Origin: Candidatus Latescibacterota bacterium
Lineage (GTDB): Bacteria; Latescibacterota; UBA2968; GCA-2709665
Reading direction: 5' to 3'
Assembly: GCA_963662665.2 (NCBI GenBank)
Contig: CAXXJS010000050.1
Location: forward strand, 1 to 64,000
DNA: 64,000 nt
The translations under genes and the position numbers were made by a program. Positions 46,006 to 56,491 of this stretch are shown one piece after another. Within the stretch, counting starts at the first letter, position 1; each line of letters starts with the position of its first letter. The notes below the pieces were generated by a model. It was not told the origin of the DNA. It made no database searches and saw only the letters and a list, made by a program, of their open reading frames with translations.

Positions 46006-47259
46006 ATGAGAACCCTGCAAGACGGAAATCCGGACAGACGCGGTCTTTCAGGCTGGATTCGGCGGCATCCGAAGGCGTTGCTCCCCGTCGCGGTGATTGC
46101 ATTCGGGATGCTGATTGCATTCGTCCTCATCAGTGCACGGTCCGAAGTCGTGGTAGCACCCCCGAAGGTGCCGCCCCCGCTGGTACGGGCGATGACAGTC
46201 GAAAACCGGGACGTTCAACTTCAGATCGAGGCGCAGGGCATTGTCACGCCGCGCACCAGGACCAGCCTGGTGTCCCAGGTTGCCGGGCAGATCATCTCGG
46301 TCTCTCCTGCATTCGCCAACGGCGGGTTCTTCAAAACCGGAGACGTGCTGCTCGCCGTCGACCCTCGCGACTACGAACTCGCGGTGGACCGCGCGCGGGC
46401 CGTGGTCTCTCAAGCACAGGTACGACTCGCGCGAGAGGAGGAAGAGGCAGACCTGGCGAAGCAGGAATGGCAGCGCCTGGGCAATGGCGAAGCCACGGAC
46501 CTGGCCCTTCGAAAACCCCAGTTGGCTGATGCCCGCGCCGCCCTCCAGGCAGCGATGGCATCCCGGGAACAGGCCCGCCTCGCGCTTGAACGAACCCGGA
46601 TCCGAGCGCCTTACGAAGGCCGCGTACTCTCCAAGGTCGTGGACCTGGGCCAGTACGTAAATCCCGGCGCTCCGGTTGCGCGCATATACGCCGTCGACTA
46701 CGCCGAGATCCGCCTGCCGGTGCCGCACGAACAACTCGCCTTCCTGGACCTGGTCTACAACGCCCGCAGCGAACTCGAACCCGGTTCCCGGCCGAAAGCC
46801 CGGGTTCAGGCCGTTTTCGCCGGGGCCCCGCGTACTTGGCAGGGTGAAATCGTACGCATCGAAGGGGAAATCGACGCCCGCACCCGAATGGTCAATCTGG
46901 TCGCCCGCGTCGATGCGCCGTACGATCGGGGAGACGATGCGAACCGCGCGCCGCTTTACGCCGGGCTGTTTGTGGAGGTTGAAATCCTTGGGCGGGTCGC
47001 CCGGAGCATCGCCGTTGTTCCCCGCTCGGCCATCCGGGGCGCCGATCAGGTGCTCGTCATCGACGAGGACGACCGTTTGCGTTTTCGTCGCGTCAATCTG
47101 TTGAGACTGGAAGCCGAAAACGCCCTCGTCCGTTCGGGCCTCGCAGGTGGAGAACGGGTCTGCATATCCACTCTGGATGTCGTTGTGGAGGGCATGCAGG
47201 TCCGGATCCTATCTGAAAAGAGCCAGGCCGTGTCCCCGGCTGATGGAGGTGCCGGATGA
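46006..47259 (+). CDS. RND efflux periplasmic adaptor (MFP)
   Basis: TM anchor, QVAGQI..GGFFKTGDVL, IRAPYEG..DLGQYV. Confidence 0.92.
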   Translation: MRTLQDGNPDRRGLSGWIRRHPKALLPVAVIAFGMLIAFVLISARSEVVVAPPKVPPPLVRAMTVENRDVQLQIEAQGIVTPRTRTSLVSQVAGQIISVSPAFANGGFFKTGDVLLAVDPRDYELAVDRARAVVSQAQVRLAREEEEADLAKQEWQRLGNGEATDLALRKPQLADARAALQAAMASREQARLALERTRIRAPYEGRVLSKVVDLGQYVNPGAPVARIYAVDYAEIRLPVPHEQLAFLDLVYNARSELEPGSRPKARVQAVFAGAPRTWQGEIVRIEGEIDARTRMVNLVARVDAPYDRGDDANRAPLYAGLFVEVEILGRVARSIAVVPRSAIRGADQVLVIDEDDRLRFRRVNLLRLEAENALVRSGLAGGERVCISTLDVVVEGMQVRILSEKSQAVSPADGGAG

Positions 47260-50200
47260 ATCGCGCAATCGCCTGGTTCGCCGAAAACAGCGTCGCCGCG
47301 AATCTGCTCATGGTTGTTATCCTGGCCAGCGGCATACTCACGATTTCCAGCCTCGAAGTCGAGCATTTTCCGGAGTTCTCGTCCGACGTCATCTCGGTTT
47401 CAGTCGTTTATCGCGGTGCGGCGCCGGAGGAAGTGGAAGAAGGCGTCTGTGTGCGGATCGAGGAGGCGGTGCAGAGTCTGGAAGGCATCAAACGCATTCG
47501 TTCCACCGCTTCCGAAAACCGGGGCAGCGTCAACATCGAACTCAAGCCCGGCGCGGATGCCCGCAAGTTGTTGGAAGACGTCAAGTCCGCCGTTGACGGG
47601 ATCGACACGTTTCCCGACGAAACCGAACAACCCGTCATCCAGGAAGTCTTGTTGCGTCGCCAGGTGATCAACGTGGCCGTTTCCGGCAACGCCGACGAAG
47701 CCACGCTCAAATACCTGGGTGAGCAGGTGCGCGACGAGATCACGGCCATACCCGGAATTACCCTGGCGGTACTCAGCGGTGCGCGCCCGTACGAGGTTTC
47801 CATCGAAGTCTCCGAATCCGCGCTGAGGCGATTCAGCCTGACCATTGACGAAGTCGTCCGGGCTGTACGCCGTTCCTCCCTTGACCTGCCGGGCGGCGCC
47901 ATCAAAACGGAAGGAGGCGAAATCCTGTTGCGGTCAAAAGGGCAGGCCTACCGGGGGCCGACCTTTGAAGACATCGTCCTGCGCACTCGTCCCGACGGCG
48001 CCGCGCTCACCGTTGGCGACGTTGCCAGGGTTGTGGACGGATTTGCGGACGCGGATCTAACCGGACGTTTCGACCTGGAACCCGGTGTGATTGTACAGGT
48101 CTTTCGGGTGGGCGACCAGGATGCGCTTGAAATCTCCCGAAATGTCAAGGAATACGTCAAATCGGCGGAATCCCGCATGCCCGAGGGCATTTCCCTGACC
48201 GTCTACGCGGATTTCTCCAGGATTCTGGAGGGCCGGCTGAACCTGATGCTGAAGAACGGCCGCGGCGGTTTCATCCTGGTCCTCTTCATCCTGGCCATGT
48301 TTCTGAGGCTTCGCCTGGCCTTCTGGATCGCCCTGGGGATTCCCATCTCCTTCCTCGGCGCTATCTGGGTGATGCCGTCCATCGGCGCGTCCATCAATGT
48401 GATCTCGCTGTTTGCATTCATCGTGGTGCTGGGCATCGTTGTAGACGATGCCATTGTCGTCGGCGAAAACATCTACCGGCGGTTCCAGCAGGGCGAACAC
48501 GGCCTGCGCGGCGCCATCGCCGGCGCCCAGGAAGTCGCCGTGCCCGTCACCTTTGCCGTGTTGACCTCCATTGCCGCGTTTTCGCCCCTGTTGATGGTTC
48601 CGGGCAACACCGGCAAGATCATGAGACTGATCCCCGAGATCGTCATCCTTACCCTGGTTTTTTCACTGGTGGAATCCCTGTTCATTCTTCCCGCCCACCT
48701 GGCGCACGTCAGGCTGCGCGGCAGAAAGAAAACAAGCGGCCGTATCGGCCGGTTGTTGAGGGCGTTTCGAGACGGTTTTTCAACTCGCGTGGAAGGGCTT
48801 ATCCATCGGGTTTACCGCCCGCTGCTCGACCGCTGCCTGGAGTGGCGTTACCTAAGCGCGTCAGTGGGTGTGGCCGCGCTGACACTGACGGTCGGACTCA
48901 TTGTCGGCGGCTGGATTCAATTCCTGTTCTTCCCACAGGTCCCGGCAGACAACGTGGCGGCGAACCTGACGATGCCGCAGGGAACACCCGCCGAGACGAC
49001 AGCACGGGCCGTCAGCCGCCTTGAAACGTCAGCCTTTCGGCTTCAGCGCGAACTGGAATCTGAAAGCGATCAGAAAATCTTCATGCATATGTGGGCCGTT
49101 GTGGGGGATCAGCCCCTCAGGACGGCGCAGCGCCGGTTTCAGGGGGGGAATGCCGCTTACTCCGGTGCGCACCTGGGCGAGGTCAACGTTGAACTCACGC
49201 CCGCCGAGGAGCGAACCGTCAGTAGCGTCGAAATCGCGAGGCGCTGGCGCGAACTTACCGGACCCATTTCCGATGCAACGGAACTGACGTTCACCTCGTC
49301 CCTCTTTTCCGCGGGCGATCCCATCAACATCCAGCTTACCGGCCCCGACTACGCCGAACTCCGGGCCGCGGCGGAAAAGTTGAAGAGCAAACTCGCGGAG
49401 TACCCGGGCGTGCTGGACATTGCCGACTCGTTTCGTCCGGGCAAAAAGGAGGTTAAACTCGCGCTGACCGAAGAGGCGCGCCTGCTTGGCCTCACCATGT
49501 CCGACCTGGCTCGGCAGGTGCGCCAGGCGTTCTACGGCGAAGAAGCGCAGCGCATCCAGAGAGGAAGGGACGACGTTCGGGTGATGGTACGCTATCCCGA
49601 GAGCGAGCGGCGGTCGTTGAATAACCTGGAGACCATGCGCATCCGAACGCCGGAAGGCGCCGAAGTGCCCTTCTCCGTTGCCGCCCGGACCGAACTCGGG
49701 AGGGGCTACGCCGCCATCAATCGCACCGACCGCCAGCGAATTGTAAACGTAACGGCCGACGTGGACCGGAACAGAGCCAATGCCAATGAGATTCTGGCCG
49801 ACGTTACGTCGCAGGTGCTCCCGGCCATTGTGGCGGACCACCCCCGCGTACGCTACAGCCTCGAAGGCGAGCAGCGGGAGCAGCAGGAAACTGTCTCCGG
49901 CCTATCACGAAGCTTCGGCGTCGCCCTCATTGTCATCTTCGGCCTGCTCGCGATTCCCTTCCGATCCTATCTCCAGCCGTTCATTATCATGGCCGTTATC
50001 CCCTTCGGGTTTGTGGGCGCCATTTGGGGCCATATCATAATGGGCCTGGACCTCACCATTCTATCACTATTCGGTCTGGTCGCACTGTCCGGCGTGGTCA
50101 TCAACGACAGCCTCGTCCTCGTGGACTTCATCAACCGCAGGCGCGCGGCGGGAAACAGCCTGGAAGAAGCCATCCGCGAAGCCGGCGTGGCCCGCTTCCG

Positions 50201-50456
50201 GCCCATCATCCTCACGTCTCTCACGACCTTCGGCGGCCTCTCACCGCTGCTCTTTGAGACCAGCCTGCAGGCCCAGTTCCTCATCCCTATGGCGACCTCT
50301 CTGGGCTTCGGCGTCATCTTTGGTACCGCCGTTATCCTGATTCTGGTTCCCGTCACTTACGCCATCCTGGAAGACGTGAGGCACGCCGTCGCCGGGTTGG
50401 TCGGCCGCCAGCCGGCCGCCCGCCCGGACGTTGCGCCCGAAACGGGCGATGACTGA
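47256..50456 (+). CDS. RND efflux permease (AcrB family)
   Basis: 1066 aa, GIVVDDAIVVGE, RFRPIILTSLTT. Confidence 0.96.
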   Translation: MNRAIAWFAENSVAANLLMVVILASGILTISSLEVEHFPEFSSDVISVSVVYRGAAPEEVEEGVCVRIEEAVQSLEGIKRIRSTASENRGSVNIELKPGADARKLLEDVKSAVDGIDTFPDETEQPVIQEVLLRRQVINVAVSGNADEATLKYLGEQVRDEITAIPGITLAVLSGARPYEVSIEVSESALRRFSLTIDEVVRAVRRSSLDLPGGAIKTEGGEILLRSKGQAYRGPTFEDIVLRTRPDGAALTVGDVARVVDGFADADLTGRFDLEPGVIVQVFRVGDQDALEISRNVKEYVKSAESRMPEGISLTVYADFSRILEGRLNLMLKNGRGGFILVLFILAMFLRLRLAFWIALGIPISFLGAIWVMPSIGASINVISLFAFIVVLGIVVDDAIVVGENIYRRFQQGEHGLRGAIAGAQEVAVPVTFAVLTSIAAFSPLLMVPGNTGKIMRLIPEIVILTLVFSLVESLFILPAHLAHVRLRGRKKTSGRIGRLLRAFRDGFSTRVEGLIHRVYRPLLDRCLEWRYLSASVGVAALTLTVGLIVGGWIQFLFFPQVPADNVAANLTMPQGTPAETTARAVSRLETSAFRLQRELESESDQKIFMHMWAVVGDQPLRTAQRRFQGGNAAYSGAHLGEVNVELTPAEERTVSSVEIARRWRELTGPISDATELTFTSSLFSAGDPINIQLTGPDYAELRAAAEKLKSKLAEYPGVLDIADSFRPGKKEVKLALTEEARLLGLTMSDLARQVRQAFYGEEAQRIQRGRDDVRVMVRYPESERRSLNNLETMRIRTPEGAEVPFSVAARTELGRGYAAINRTDRQRIVNVTADVDRNRANANEILADVTSQVLPAIVADHPRVRYSLEGEQREQQETVSGLSRSFGVALIVIFGLLAIPFRSYLQPFIIMAVIPFGFVGAIWGHIIMGLDLTILSLFGLVALSGVVINDSLVLVDFINRRRAAGNSLEEAIREAGVARFRPIILTSLTTFGGLSPLLFETSLQAQFLIPMATSLGFGVIFGTAVILILVPVTYAILEDVRHAVAGLVGRQPAARPDVAPETGDD

Positions 50457-50621
50457 AACCGGCTTTACCTGCCCATGCGCGGGCGCTCGACCCTGCGCCG
50501 CAAACTGCCAGTTTGCGCTACGGTCTCCGTGCCGTGGTTTCTGGCGTAACCGGCGGACCACATTACCCGTTAAACTCAAGCCATTGTCAGCCTGCGCAAC
50601 CGGACGTCGCTTGTCAGGGCA

Positions 50622-50685
50622 TTGACAATTTTGCAGTCAATTGCAAATTTGTCTTGACTTTTTTGCAGTTTAGTGCAAATTTGTC
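50622..50685 (+). promoter_or_regulatory. Tandem 32-bp duplicated promoter/operator unit
   Basis: TTGACAATTTTGCAGTCAATTGCAAATTTGTC + TTGACTTTTTTGCAGTTTAGTGCAAATTTGTC, 2 nt before the ATG. Confidence 0.7.
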
Positions 50686-50687
50686 AT

Positions 50688-51872
50688 ATGGCTGAACTGA
50701 TATCCAGATACCTCGAGACCGCTGTGGCCGACGATCTTAGCGATAGGATGATCTTTGTCGCCGGGCCACGCCAGGTAGGAAAAACAACGCTCGCGACGCT
50801 GCAGGCGAGCCGTTATTCAAACAGCGTATACCTAAACTGGGACAATCGAACCCATCGGGAACGGATTCTGCGGCAGGAATGGGATCCCGACAGCCAGATT
50901 CTCGTCTTCGACGAACTTCACAAGTTCGAACGCTGGAAAGGACTCATCAAAGGCATCTGGGACACAAGAAGGGAGAATGAACGGATCATCGTAACCGGGA
51001 GTTCGAGGCTGGACACATACCGACGAGGTGGTGACTCACTCATGGGACGTTACCACTTGTACCGGCTCCATCCGTTTTCCGCATCCGAACTTGAAGGCAG
51101 GCAGAAACAAAACGACCCGGCCGAACCCTTTGAATTGACATTCGGAAAGGCCAGCCCGGACAACGTCCGGCATTTGATGGCATACGGAGGATTCCCGGAG
51201 CCGTGCCTTTCCGGGCGTTCGCGTACACACCGCCGCTGGCTTCAGGAACGTTTCGAACGGGTCTTCAGGGAAGACATACGGGACACTACCGTTGTCAAGT
51301 CGCTGTCCCAGATCGAACTGTTGGGCGCGATGATGCCGAAACGCGTCGGTTCTCCGCTCTCGTTAAACGCAATCTCCGAAGACCTGGAAGTCAGTCCGCA
51401 CACGGTTCGAACCTGGATGGACCTGCTGTGCCGGAACTACTACACCTTTCCCGTCGCTCCGTATCACCGTCGCATCGAACGGGCCGTGAAGAAATCGGCC
51501 AAATACTATCTGTGGGACTGGTCCGAGGTTGCCGACGAAGGCGCCCGATTCGAGAATCTCGTCGCCTCTCATCTCCTTAAATTCTGCCATTTCCTTCGGG
51601 ATGCCGAAGGGATAAAGGCGGAACTGCGTTTATTGCGAGACCGTGAAAAACGTGAAGTGGACTTTGTGGTTCTATGGGATGAAAACCCGTGGTTCCTGAT
51701 TGAATGCAAGCTGACCGCACCCCGAAGCCACGGGCACCTCGTTCGTTTTGGTGATCTCCTGAACGTGAAACAGAGATATGTCGTAACTCTATCCGAAAGA
51801 GACGACTACCAGGACCGTCGTACGGGCGTCCGCGTCCTGCCGGCGTCCAGGTTTCTGACGGCATTCCCGTAG
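50688..51872 (+). CDS. AAA_14/DUF4143 ATP-binding protein (COG1373-like)
   Basis: GPRQVGKTT, VFDE, VTGSS, GGFPE, FENLV, EVDFV..IECK. Confidence 0.9.
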   Translation: MAELISRYLETAVADDLSDRMIFVAGPRQVGKTTLATLQASRYSNSVYLNWDNRTHRERILRQEWDPDSQILVFDELHKFERWKGLIKGIWDTRRENERIIVTGSSRLDTYRRGGDSLMGRYHLYRLHPFSASELEGRQKQNDPAEPFELTFGKASPDNVRHLMAYGGFPEPCLSGRSRTHRRWLQERFERVFREDIRDTTVVKSLSQIELLGAMMPKRVGSPLSLNAISEDLEVSPHTVRTWMDLLCRNYYTFPVAPYHRRIERAVKKSAKYYLWDWSEVADEGARFENLVASHLLKFCHFLRDAEGIKAELRLLRDREKREVDFVVLWDENPWFLIECKLTAPRSHGHLVRFGDLLNVKQRYVVTLSERDDYQDRRTGVRVLPASRFLTAFP

Positions 51873-51911
51873 ACAATCCCGAATTGACCGCATGTTTCGC
51901 GAAGTGTCCTA

Positions 51912-52700
51912 TTATAGAAGCGACCTGACAAACCCCCCGTCCACCTGAAGCGACGTGCCGGTGATGTAGCTCGAGCGTTCCGATGCCAGGAACACGACGT
52001 AGTCCGACAGTTCCTCCACGGTCCCAAGGCGGCCCAGCGGTATTTCTTCGACCAGCGGCCGCATCTCGTCCCCGATCGAGGTCCCATGCGCCTTTGCGGC
52101 TTCCTCGAACTCTTCCCTCAATAGCTCGGAATCGATAAACCCCGTACAAACGTTGTTCACCAGAATCCGATCGCGCGCATATTCGTTCGCAAGGGTCTTC
52201 GCTGCGGCCGCAACCGCCGTTCGCAACACGTTCGATACCGTATTTCCGGCCGGCTGCTTGACCGCGAATGCGCACAGGTTGATAATCCTCCCGCCGCCCC
52301 TCGCCTGCATCAGCGGAACGGTGCGCCTGCACATCCGGAGAACGTAATTCAGGATCAGATCAGTATATTCCCGCCACATTGCTTCCGTGACTTCCGCAAA
52401 AGGCGTCGCGGCCGGACCTCCGGAGTTGTTCACGACGATATCGATGCCGCCAAATGCGTCCACCGTCTCCCTCGTCAGTCGATCGACGGTCTCCTCAACG
52501 GAGAGATCTCCGGCCACGGTGAGTACGTCCGAGCCCGTTAAGGCCCGGATTTCTGCCGCCACCGCTTCGAGACGGCGCTCGTTTCTCGCGCAAATGGCGA
52601 CCCGCGTCCCCTCCCGGGCAAGCGCCATCGCGCATCCTTTCCCCAGGCCGCGGCTTGCGCCTCCCACAACCGCCACCTTATCCTTCAATCCCATGTTCAT
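51912..52700 (-). CDS. SDR family oxidoreductase
   Basis: GGASRGLG, VNNSGGP, SNVLR, YITGTSLQVDGG. Confidence 0.9.
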   Translation of the reverse strand: MNMGLKDKVAVVGGASRGLGKGCAMALAREGTRVAICARNERRLEAVAAEIRALTGSDVLTVAGDLSVEETVDRLTRETVDAFGGIDIVVNNSGGPAATPFAEVTEAMWREYTDLILNYVLRMCRRTVPLMQARGGGRIINLCAFAVKQPAGNTVSNVLRTAVAAAAKTLANEYARDRILVNNVCTGFIDSELLREEFEEAAKAHGTSIGDEMRPLVEEIPLGRLGTVEELSDYVVFLASERSSYITGTSLQVDGGFVRSLL

Positions 52701-52897
52701 CTGAAGATCTCCTCGGATTGACGTGACAACGGCCCTCCGTTCACCCGTACGTTCGCATGGGACAACGAACGACCGCATTTTGATTGACATTCGTTCACGC
52801 CGCGCGCATGATACCAGACACTTCGGCGGATTCCAACGTACGGACGTTTCGCCGCAGATCCATGTCTTACACCACACCAGAAAGAAGAGGCCGGAGT

Positions 52898-54769
52898 ATG
52901 AGATCAACCGAGGTTCTCGCCCACAATTTCCGTCATCACGGACCCGCCACCACCAGCAGCCACCCCAGGGGTACCGTTGCCGCAGCCGACGGCGACGGCA
53001 GGAACGTGGTTCTCGTCTGGCTCTTCGATCACCGTGGCGGATACGCGCTGCTGGTTATCGATGCCGCGACCGGCGAAAGCCGGGAGTTCCCGGTACCCTT
53101 TCCGCCCGGAGGCGATTGCCCCTATGCCTCCCTCCTCTCCAGCCGAAACCGCTTTTATACGCACTTTAACGGCTATTTTGTGGAGTTCGACGTCAACGCA
53201 CTGGAATACACGTTTTGCCACCAAACCGCTCCCCGCATGGCCATGGGAATGACCGAAGACGACAGGGGAGTGATCTGGTCTTCTACTTTCCCGCAAAGCG
53301 GGCTTGTGTCCTACAATTCGGAAAACGGCGATTTCAGAGATTACGGACACCTGTACGACCAGAACTGGCGGCAGTATCCCACCACCCTCGCCGCCGACGA
53401 CGCAGGCTGGGTCTACTTTGGCATCGGCACGACCCTTTGCCAGGTTATCGCGTTTGACCCGGAAGGCGAATCGGCCGCGCCACTGCTGGCGGAGCACGAA
53501 CGCTCCCGAGGGAGCGCGTCCGTTTACCGGGACCTCAACGGGAGAGTCTACGCACTTCCGCCAACCGGAACCCCGTGGCCCGGGGACAACCCGGAGGCAG
53601 AATCCTGGTACGAACTCCACTGGGGTGAACGTAAGGTGGTGCCCAGGCGAAAAAGGCGTGAAAAACCCTATATCTTCGGAGATTCCGGACACGTCCATCC
53701 GGATTTCCCCGACGGGAGCAAGCTCCTGCAATGCTGTCTTTTCGAACGCGTCCTTTCGGTGGAAGGCCCTGATGGCGAGCAATCGACCGGTATGTCGTTC
53801 AACTACACGAGTGAAGGCGCGCACATCATGGGCGTTGCCGCGTCGCCCGACCGGAGCATCTGCGGGGGCACGTTTTTTCCGAGGCGCACGTTCAGCTATC
53901 GCCCGGAAACCGATACGTGGATCGAACGGGAAAGTTTCGGCCAGTGGAATACCGTGGGCCGCCAGGGGGACCGTTTCTTTGTTGGCGGGTACGGAAGTGG
54001 TTCCCTGCTGGAATGGGACCCGTTCAAACCGTGGGTGACAACCGAAAAGGAGAATCCGGCTTCGAATCCCTTCTTCCACAGAATCTGCACACCCACCCTG
54101 CATCGCCCGCACAAACTGCTTGTCCACCCCGACGGAAAGACGCTGGTGGTGGGCGGGACCCCGGGTTATGGCTATACGGGCGGCGGTCTGCTTATCTGGA
54201 ACTGCGAAGGGCAAACCGGGACCCTGCTGGAACATACCGACCTGTTGCCGGATCACTCCACCGCAAGCCTCGCGGCCCTTCCCTGCAGGAAGCTCCTGGG
54301 CGGCACGACGACCAGCCCGGGGACGGGGGGCGAGCAGAAAGCGACCGAAGCGGAACTCTACATTCTGGACATGGAAACGAAAAAGCTGGAATGGCGCCAG
54401 GTCCTCTTCCCCGGGGCACAGGAATACACGGACCTGTGCGCGGGGCAGGACGGTCAGGTGTACGGCATTGTTGACCGGACCCGCTTTTTCGTCTTCTGCC
54501 CCGAGAGACGCGAAGTCGTTCACCAGGAGGAAACGGAGCTGACTTTCGGGCTGACGGCGCACCAGCAGGGGCCGCGTGTCTTCGTGACGGCGCCCGACGA
54601 TACGGTCTACATTCTGTTCGAGAAGGGCATCGCCCGTATCGAAAGCGGCACGAACGCGATCAAAATGTGCGCGCCTTCACCGGTGCCCGTCAGCAACGGT
54701 GGAGACTATCTCAACGGCCGCATCTATTTCACCAGCGACTCTCATCTTTATAGCTGGGAAATCCCGTAG
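52898..54769 (+). CDS. Hypothetical multi-bladed beta-propeller protein
   Basis: Repeating blades (DDRGVIWSSTF, DDAGWVYFG, PDGKTLVVGG, QDGQVYG); no signal peptide; start 52862 or 52898. Confidence 0.7.
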   Translation: MRSTEVLAHNFRHHGPATTSSHPRGTVAAADGDGRNVVLVWLFDHRGGYALLVIDAATGESREFPVPFPPGGDCPYASLLSSRNRFYTHFNGYFVEFDVNALEYTFCHQTAPRMAMGMTEDDRGVIWSSTFPQSGLVSYNSENGDFRDYGHLYDQNWRQYPTTLAADDAGWVYFGIGTTLCQVIAFDPEGESAAPLLAEHERSRGSASVYRDLNGRVYALPPTGTPWPGDNPEAESWYELHWGERKVVPRRKRREKPYIFGDSGHVHPDFPDGSKLLQCCLFERVLSVEGPDGEQSTGMSFNYTSEGAHIMGVAASPDRSICGGTFFPRRTFSYRPETDTWIERESFGQWNTVGRQGDRFFVGGYGSGSLLEWDPFKPWVTTEKENPASNPFFHRICTPTLHRPHKLLVHPDGKTLVVGGTPGYGYTGGGLLIWNCEGQTGTLLEHTDLLPDHSTASLAALPCRKLLGGTTTSPGTGGEQKATEAELYILDMETKKLEWRQVLFPGAQEYTDLCAGQDGQVYGIVDRTRFFVFCPERREVVHQEETELTFGLTAHQQGPRVFVTAPDDTVYILFEKGIARIESGTNAIKMCAPSPVPVSNGGDYLNGRIYFTSDSHLYSWEIP

Positions 54770-54785
54770 CAGGAGGCCAACGAGC

Positions 54786-55589
54786 TCAAGGGTTCTGGCC
54801 GGAACGCCCCCCCGTGACTGGCCGTCGGATTCGATCGCAGGCCAATGATCGTCCCCGGTGATTGCATCCAAAGGCCATTGTCTTCCAATTCTCGTAAAAC
54901 CGTCTTGCGTATTCCCGAAAGAAATCGAGGCGGTCCGTCACGGCCTGCTCGAAACCCGGCATGGCATCCTCGCCGAGCGTTTCGAGCAGGGCCTCGTGGT
55001 AGGCGGGAACGGCGTCCCATTCCTTTATGGTCTCCGCCGTGATTTCTATATGAAACTGGGCGGAAATCGCGTGACTCCCCATGCTCATCGCCTGGACCGC
55101 GCATAACCCGGACGATGCAAGGACCTCCAGTTCACCCGGCACGGTCTTTACCGCGGAGCTATGCCACTGAAGGCAAGGCAGCGTCGCCGGGAAACCCTTT
55201 AGGAATCCACTCTTCTTCCCTGGCTTCGTCAGGGAAATGTCCATCACCCCCACCTCGGGGATCCGGTTCGGACCGACGTGGCCGCCCAGAGCCGCGGCCA
55301 GCAACTGGTGTCCCAGGCAGATGCCCACGAAGGGCATCTTTTTCTCAGCGACCGCGTAGCGAATGGCGGCTTTCTCCTGCACCAGCCACGGGTACGCCTC
55401 CTCCTCCCATACGTCCATCGGGCCGCCCATCGCCCAAAGCGCGTCATAGGCGTCCAGGTCCGGGATATGCTCGCCCGCGTCCAGTTCCACAACGTCCCAC
55501 CGGATCCCGTCTTCAGCGAAGAATTCGCGAAAGAGGCCGGGATGTTCGACGTCCAGGTGTTGAAAAACCAGCAACCGCTCCAGGGCCAT
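54786..55589 (-). CDS. Type 1 glutamine amidotransferase
   Basis: MGGPM, GICLGHQ, QWH, QFHIE. Confidence 0.9.
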   Translation of the reverse strand: MALERLLVFQHLDVEHPGLFREFFAEDGIRWDVVELDAGEHIPDLDAYDALWAMGGPMDVWEEEAYPWLVQEKAAIRYAVAEKKMPFVGICLGHQLLAAALGGHVGPNRIPEVGVMDISLTKPGKKSGFLKGFPATLPCLQWHSSAVKTVPGELEVLASSGLCAVQAMSMGSHAISAQFHIEITAETIKEWDAVPAYHEALLETLGEDAMPGFEQAVTDRLDFFREYARRFYENWKTMAFGCNHRGRSLACDRIRRPVTGGRSGQNP

Positions 55590-55743
55590 GACGTTCTCCC
55601 GGATTTTCCTTCTGGATTCCGGTCTGCGAATTCAATATCTTGGAGCTGGGACCTGCGCCGACCGTTTGACAATCCTTCGAAGAGCTCAGGACAAGGCTAA
55701 GGGACCGCGGGCAAGGGTCACGAACCGGGTACGGCACCGTTGA

Positions 55744-56478
55744 ATGTCACACGTGAGTGACAGAATGAATCTATTGCGAAAATGCGGAGCGGAATTCCTG
55801 GGCGCGTTCGCCATCGTGCTGGGCGGTTGCGGCGCCGTTGCCGTCAACCAGATCAGCGGCGGGGCAGTCTCTCACGTGGGTATTGCCACGTCGTTCGGGC
55901 TCATTGTGATGACGATGGTTTACGCCACCGGCCACATCTCCGGGGCGCACTTCAATCCCGCCGTTACGATCGCCTTCTCCTTTACGCGACACTTTCCCAA
56001 ACGGGAGATCGCGCCGTACATTGCCGCCCAATGCATGGGCGCCGTCCTGGCCAGCTGCATCCACCTCGTCACCCTGTCTCCCGTCCTGAATGCCAGCCTT
56101 CCCGGACAGGAACTCGATCTGGGTGTCACCCAGCCTCTGGACGGCGCGTGGACCACGGCCTTCGTATGGGAGTTCCTGCTCGCCTTCCTGCTGATGGTTG
56201 TAATTATGGCGGTTGCCACGGACTACCGCGCTACAGGTCAGGCCGCCGGCCTTGCGATCGGCGGCACGATCTGGTTCGAAGCCATGTTCGCCGGCCCCGT
56301 TTGCGGGGCATCCATGAATCCCGCTCGCAGCCTGGGCCCGGCCCTTGTTTCCGGCAACTGGCTGCATTTTTCAGCCTATGCGGCGGGTCCTGTGCTTGGC
56401 GCGTTTGCCGGCGCGCTTTACTACGAATTTATCAGGTGCCATCGGGACGGGGGGGCGGAAGTCAAGGGCTGCTGCTAA
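55744..56478 (+). CDS. MIP family aquaporin (NIP-like)
   Basis: SGAHFNPAVT and MNPARSLGP; C-terminal GCC. Confidence 0.93.
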   Translation: MSHVSDRMNLLRKCGAEFLGAFAIVLGGCGAVAVNQISGGAVSHVGIATSFGLIVMTMVYATGHISGAHFNPAVTIAFSFTRHFPKREIAPYIAAQCMGAVLASCIHLVTLSPVLNASLPGQELDLGVTQPLDGAWTTAFVWEFLLAFLLMVVIMAVATDYRATGQAAGLAIGGTIWFEAMFAGPVCGASMNPARSLGPALVSGNWLHFSAYAAGPVLGAFAGALYYEFIRCHRDGGAEVKGCC

Positions 56479-56491
56479 CCTTGATTCGCAA

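Noticed and set aside
52904-54562. 552-aa minus-strand ORF (also 19071-20114, 31973-33211, 41082-42263, 59294-60559)
   Set aside because: Antisense shadows of well-supported genes, expected in GC-rich DNA.
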